Positions 19,695 through 24,274 of a DNA stretch of 24,274 nt are shown piece after piece. Location: NCBI GenBank assembly GCA_000934665.2, contig JYFJ02001226.1:62001-86274 (forward strand). The letters run 5' to 3'. Every line of letters begins with the position of its first letter. The first letter of the stretch is position 1. This DNA is from Catajapyx aquilonaris (taxonomy: Eukaryota). The translations under genes were made by a program, and so were the position numbers. The notes below the pieces were generated by a model. It saw only the letters and a list, made by a program, of their open reading frames with translations, did no database searches and was not told the DNA's origin.

Positions 19695-21812
19695 ATGTCC
19701 GGGTTGCAAGTGCTGGTCCTTTGCTCCGTGGCCATGGCCATGCTTGGTGGCCACACATCATCATCATCATCATCGGGTGTTGGGAAGAACGTGTCTGGTC
19801 TGATGGGAGAGCAGGAGAAGAGGAAGGGTGGGGAGGAAGGAGAGTGGTGGGCAGTGTCCAGACTGGTGAGGGGCGTCCTGGACACGAGGGAGGACATGCG
19901 GGGATGCGGCCTGGTCCTGTCCACTGACCTCGTCGGGTCATCGGGCGTCTGGGAGGGACTGTGGAGGCCTCTTCTCAAAGGTCACTCGGACAAGTACCTC
20001 CCGTCCTTCTCCCTCCGGACGACCTCCTTCCCACACTCCTTCACAGACTACCCCTGGCTCAAGGGTCAAGCTGACCTCTTGGACTTCACCACCGTCCCTC
20101 CTGACCTCCTCGTCACCTCCGCCTGGTCATCCTCCGTCTGCACCCTCCACCTCCTCCTTCCCTCCTCCCCGGCCTCCCTCCCACAACTGGTCATGTCCAC
20201 CGCCTTCAAGGTCAAGGTCAGTCCACTCGACGACCCTTTCCTCATCCACTTCGGTCGGAGGTCACCAGGGTCACTTGTGGAGGAGGGAGAGGTCCATCGA
20301 GTGATGACCTCGCCCCCTGTCAGTGCCCTCAGGCTGAAGGTGGCCAGTCGGATGGAGGAAGGTGGACAGTTGAAGGTGGAGACTGTCTGCTTCTTCTGCG
20401 CGGAAGGGGGGCAACCGAAGGTCATCTATCTCGGCCGGGTTAGCTGCACGAAGAATCCGATTGTTGGCAGCTTCTTCAGAAACTATGACAAGAACAAGAT
20501 GAACAAGAAACCATTTGTGATTGGAATGTACTATGGGTCTGCTGATATAGAGGTTCTCCGAAGGAAAAAAGAAGAATTGGGAGAAGTTAGCCTCAAGATT
20601 TATGAACGAATTTACCTCTTGGTGGAGAAAAGTTTTAACTGTGTCATTTCGGAGGTTTTTATGAAGGATCTGACTAGTGCCGACTTTGACCACAGGCTGG
20701 GCAATGGTACTTGGGAGGGACTGACGGGGGATCTTTTGTCAGGAAGGATTGATGTCGTAGGCCTCACAATTTACACCCAGGACACCTATCGACACACTCT
20801 CCTCACTCATCCTTTTCTTTACATACACGCTACATTCCTCACAAGGAGACCCGGAGGAGTGGTCAGCTGGAGGGTGATCTACAGGCCCTACGTCCTCCCC
20901 TTCTGGGTGTCCTTGGGGGTCACCCTGGCCCTCCTCCCCATCGCGATGGGCAGACTCTCCCGCTGCGACCCATCTCGAGGGAGGTCAGAGGTCGAAGGGC
21001 AGCGACTGACCCTGCTGGGATCCCTCCACGTCCTGGCCAGACACCTGGTAGAACAGCCCGTTCCCTTCCCCACATCCCGCCGCTTTCTCTTCCTGGCCTC
21101 CTCCTTCCTCTTCTTCTCCACCGTGGTCATCACTGGCTACAAGGCCAAGATGGTCTCCTTCCTTACCTTTCCCCCGAGGGAGTTTGTCCCGAGGAACATC
21201 AGGGAAGCGGTGGAATCGGATTGGACAGGAGAAGCTGACATGATCAGTTTTCTTCTCTGGAAGAAATACCTTTCATTTGTCGACGATCCTTTCTACCACT
21301 CACTAGATGCGAAGTTGTCCATGAGTGAGAGTATACGGAGTTGCCTGCAGAGGATACAAAGTCAGCAGCTGGCCTGCGGTGGTATCAATCTGATCTTGGA
21401 TCAGGAGATTTACCTCCTTCGCGACACTTCTGGGCAGCCAACATTCCGGTACTCCGATGACCACCTATTTCCGAGTTACACTGGGGGGAGTTACCCCCGG
21501 GGCCAAACCATGGCGTATCATATCTCAAAGACAGGAGTGAGATTTATAAATGAAAGTGACCTGTTCTCAGCGTTCTTGCGTGACCTCATGTATCTGATGT
21601 TCCTCCGCTCCTTGGATCTAATCCGGGCCAGGGAGAGGGACAACCCCCAAAAGGCAGAGGAAGTGTTGACCAGGACAAAACTCTCTGCCATCTTCAACAT
21701 GTGGTTGGTGGGACTGGGTGTTGCTATGGGTGCATTTGCATTTGAAATCTCGAGTAGAAAGTGCAGCCAAAAGAGAAATGAAATGAAGTGTAAAAACCGG
21801 AAGAGACAATAA
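19695..21812 (+). CDS. Divergent ionotropic receptor (IR; variant ionotropic glutamate receptor family), intronless, 705 aa
   Basis: Uninterrupted 2118-nt ORF. N-terminal signal peptide (MSGLQVLVLCSVAMAMLGG); S1 lobe motif GNGTWEGLTGDLLSGRIDVVG; pre-M1/M1 YRPYVLPFWVSLGVTLALL; pore loop LARHLVEQP; M3 FLFFSTVVITGYKAKMVSFLTFP; S2 lobe; M4 LSAIFNMWLVGLGVAMGAFAFEI; short basic tail. Length and lack of introns fit protostome divergent IRs. Confidence 0.93.
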   Translation: MSGLQVLVLCSVAMAMLGGHTSSSSSSGVGKNVSGLMGEQEKRKGGEEGEWWAVSRLVRGVLDTREDMRGCGLVLSTDLVGSSGVWEGLWRPLLKGHSDKYLPSFSLRTTSFPHSFTDYPWLKGQADLLDFTTVPPDLLVTSAWSSSVCTLHLLLPSSPASLPQLVMSTAFKVKVSPLDDPFLIHFGRRSPGSLVEEGEVHRVMTSPPVSALRLKVASRMEEGGQLKVETVCFFCAEGGQPKVIYLGRVSCTKNPIVGSFFRNYDKNKMNKKPFVIGMYYGSADIEVLRRKKEELGEVSLKIYERIYLLVEKSFNCVISEVFMKDLTSADFDHRLGNGTWEGLTGDLLSGRIDVVGLTIYTQDTYRHTLLTHPFLYIHATFLTRRPGGVVSWRVIYRPYVLPFWVSLGVTLALLPIAMGRLSRCDPSRGRSEVEGQRLTLLGSLHVLARHLVEQPVPFPTSRRFLFLASSFLFFSTVVITGYKAKMVSFLTFPPREFVPRNIREAVESDWTGEADMISFLLWKKYLSFVDDPFYHSLDAKLSMSESIRSCLQRIQSQQLACGGINLILDQEIYLLRDTSGQPTFRYSDDHLFPSYTGGSYPRGQTMAYHISKTGVRFINESDLFSAFLRDLMYLMFLRSLDLIRARERDNPQKAEEVLTRTKLSAIFNMWLVGLGVAMGAFAFEISSRKCSQKRNEMKCKNRKRQ

Positions 21813-21813
21813 A
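21808..21813 (+). promoter_or_regulatory. candidate polyadenylation signal overlapping the IR stop codon
   Basis: 'caa taa a' gives AATAAA across the TAA stop; a second AATAAA lies at 21914-21919. Confidence 0.35.
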
Positions 21814-21913
21814 TTTACCCCTTCATATTCCCATTGTGAGGGTTGGGGGAGCGGGGACGCGGTGCTGGTGGGACGAATGGTTTATGTAGCTTTGTTTAAG
21901 TTTTAATTCAGTT

Positions 21914-21991
21914 AATAAATTATGTGGAGTTAACTTGCGTCTCCCTTCTCGCTGACTACCCCTTATTATAGCGAAATGTCGTGATGGTGTA

Positions 21992-22047
<56 letters not shown>
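21914..22047 (+). mobile_element. Short interspersed element (about 70-bp core) with (TAG)n tail, copy 2
   Basis: gtggagttaacttgcgtctc...gaaatgtcgtgatggtg followed by a (TAG)n tract at 21990-22047; matches 14781-14854 in reverse complement. Confidence 0.7.
21990..22047. repeat. (TAG)n microsatellite
   Basis: About 19 units with one AAG interruption. Confidence 0.95.
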
Positions 22048-23788
22048 TTATACGTATTCCCTTTGGATATGTAAAACCTGCAACCTACTAATGTTATTCA
22101 TTGCTTTAATTATTCTTTAAATCTAATTATTTGTCTTTATCCCTTGTCATGTATCTACGCGTAAGTGTGGGGTGATAGTGAGTCAACCCTGGCTGATGTG
22201 TGCGTCATAATAATCGTGCAAACATGACCACTAATATAAACTACATCCGACTGTCTTTGGAAAAAGGGCAATCAGTGCAATCGATATCCACGAGTTTTGG
22301 CGATGCTCATCAGAATTACCCCATCGGGTTTTTTGAGGAGAGGGACATGGAGGTTGGTAAGTATTTTAAACCGATGTGATAGTGTCAAGTGACCTAGTCA
22401 GCCCCATCAACTTTCAATGAGGTCCTTGTTTCAATGCGTCGCAACGCAATTGACCGTTGGGTTGAGCTTTACCCCGTATAATAAGGGCATTTCGATAATT
22501 ATGTACCCGAAGGTTCCCAGCAATAAAATATTGATGTCGACTGTTGCCACTAAGACAACCAAAATCCAGTTATTTCGTCTATTTTCGGCGGAAAAAGGAG
22601 GTATAAAAGGAGAAGTAAGGAGGTAATAAGATGTGACCTCGAATTAGGTTACCGGACACGTTGATTAACAATCATAACACAGTCTGCCTCAGTGCACGTG
22701 CATTTAATGCCTTCTATGTGTTAGGTACAGCACAACAACTTGCTTACGTTAGAGGAGAGCCTCCCCATGAAGGCGCCCTCACTCGCCGGCCGCTACACGA
22801 ACTCTGTCCCTCTCTCCCGTGAGTTCATAAAATTGACTTTCAATATCAGTTTAACACAGTTTGACGGATTAAATAATTTGAAGCAGTTAAACCAAGACAA
22901 CTGTTACGTTTTTATATACTTTCATAGCTATACACTTGATAATTATATTCCGAGTAGTAAATCCATTAATTTTGGGCTTGCAATCTTTTCTCACCGCCAA
23001 CTTAACCTGTTCACTTGCCCTTCCATATTCCGCTTGCTTGTTACTTGCTGGTAGTTCTCTGTTACTCCACGTTAACACACTTACTTCAGTCGACCATGTC
23101 TCAATTAAACCACGTGGCGAGATAGTGCTAGAGCAAGATATTAGCATGGTCAATTTTTATACCTCTTCCTCCTGAATGTCTTGTTTGCATTATCCGGTGG
23201 TGATTATCTTAAGAGAATAGAGCAATCCAAATGATTTTATGTATTTTATTATTTGCGTATCTCAAAACCTTCGTTAGTGACTCTCTATGAGGGGATATGG
23301 CCAATTTCTCAGGGAATATTTGCCAATATCTCCCTTATCTTCCACGAACTGCACGAAAAATAATCGCACACTATACTGTAATGCATTTGGCTTACACCTT
23401 GGCACTCTGTCCTCACACCGGGCAACAACGAACGGCCAACGACATCAACAATGCAACTCTAAAGATGGCAAGAATATATTGTGAGAGGAATATTTTCAAG
23501 GAAAAGGGCCTTCAACTGAACTATTCGCGTAGTATTTCGGTATAACTTTTCATGTCCTATTCACGTCTAAAATCGCGTAACTCTACATCTATCACTGTGG
23601 AAGGTCTGGTCAGTCTGGGTCAGTCTGGATAAGTTGAATTTATGTGCGGAAACCGACACACACTTCAGAGCTCAAGCAAGCAACACCTCTCTTTTTTCTG
23701 TGCCGGTCTACTCGGGCGCTGCGAGGATTCCTCTCTTTTTTTTTTTATCTTGCGGTGCAAGAACGGACCCATTTTCTTCGGTGTGAAT

Positions 23789-24184
23789 ATGGCGACCTTG
23801 GAGCAAATTGCGAATTTACTGGACGACAGAATGGGCAAACTCAAACTGGAGCTGGAGACCGCGATGCAGGGGGCAATCGGTGAGCTGGAAGGAAGGTGGG
23901 ACCGAAAGCTCGAGAAGCAGACGGCAAAGCTGGAGAAGTCAAATGGGGAGCTCGTTAAGCGTATAGCAGCACTGGAGATGCAAATGGAGCGGACCGAGAA
24001 CCAGGCTAGACGAAATAACTTGGTTGTATACGGGCTGAAGGAAGGTACGGGTGAAACATGGGAGCAGACATCGAAGATCTTCCGAGCTTTTTTGGGGGAG
24101 CATAAGTTGCACCCTGATCCCGCAACAGTGCAGTTAGAAAGGGTCCACCGTATGGGGCGAGTTTCCGGTATGAGGCTATGGTGA
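23789..24184 (+). mobile_element. Non-LTR retrotransposon ORF1p-like remnant (coiled coil plus RRM of the L1/Transposase_22-like type, also found in CR1/L2-type elements), truncated
   Basis: From ATG 23789: heptad coiled coil (LEKQTAKLEKSNGELVKRIAALEMQME), then ENQARRNNLVVYGLKE..ETWEQT and LERVHRMG, hallmark motifs of this ORF1 family. Stops prematurely where an R-P-x-x-x-x-F motif is expected; 'aggctatggtgacc' would read R-P-M-V-T if one base were restored. Confidence 0.8.
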
Positions 24185-24274
24185 CCCGGCAGGCAAGCCA
24201 TCCCCTGCCGGCGTCACCTCACGGGCAAATGTCCCCTGACTCCATCGTCCTCCAAACCGATCCTGTCCCTTGCT
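24180..24274 (-). mobile_element. Possible 3' end of an RTE-like LINE on the opposite strand, ending in a stem-loop
   Basis: Minus strand reads A-R-D-R-I-G then, with a 1-nt shift, W-R-T-M-E-S-G-D-I-C-P-stop, resembling the A-x-D-R-x-x-W-R terminus of RTE ORFs; hairpin at 24180-24218. Very short and at the window edge. Confidence 0.25.

Noticed and set aside
19610..21809. Several antisense and alternative-frame ORFs overlapping the IR
   Set aside because: Shadows of a GC-rich coding sequence; no independent motifs.
23665..24201. 178-aa antisense ORF, and the 49-codon upstream extension of ORF 23642
   Set aside because: Antisense shadow of ORF1p; the extension is low-complexity UTR-like sequence and ATG 23789 begins the coiled coil.

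Overview
Eukaryotic, very probably arthropod (hexapod or crustacean) genomic DNA; no prokaryotic operon, CRISPR array or rRNA is seen. Three protein-related features are recognisable, all on the + strand: (1) the last two exons (16476-16603, 16667-16845) of a Dpr-family Ig-domain neuronal cell-surface gene, whose penultimate exon is missed by the ORF track; (2) an intact, intronless 705-aa divergent ionotropic receptor (IR, variant iGluR) at 19695-21812; (3) a truncated LINE ORF1p-like coding remnant at 23789-24184. No upstream Dpr exon was found, so bases 1-16475 probably lie in one large Dpr intron (inference). That region is an old segmental duplication arranged X - [A,X inverted] - B - X - A - B: block A occurs as a long inverted pair (779-5193 vs 10440-13010) and block B as a direct pair (about 6420-8916 vs 13455-15937). 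Near-identical islands within otherwise diverged sequence suggest duplicated cis-regulatory elements. One island (7593-7727 / 14410-14544) differs only at synonymous third codon positions, which hints at a hidden exon or small ORF. Several non-autonomous elements are present: two TIR elements absent from the paralogous copy, a foldback element carrying a 90-bp hairpin, a tRNA-Gly-derived SINE-like fragment, and a short element with interchangeable microsatellite tails. All alignments were done by eye, so boundaries of diverged repeats are approximate.
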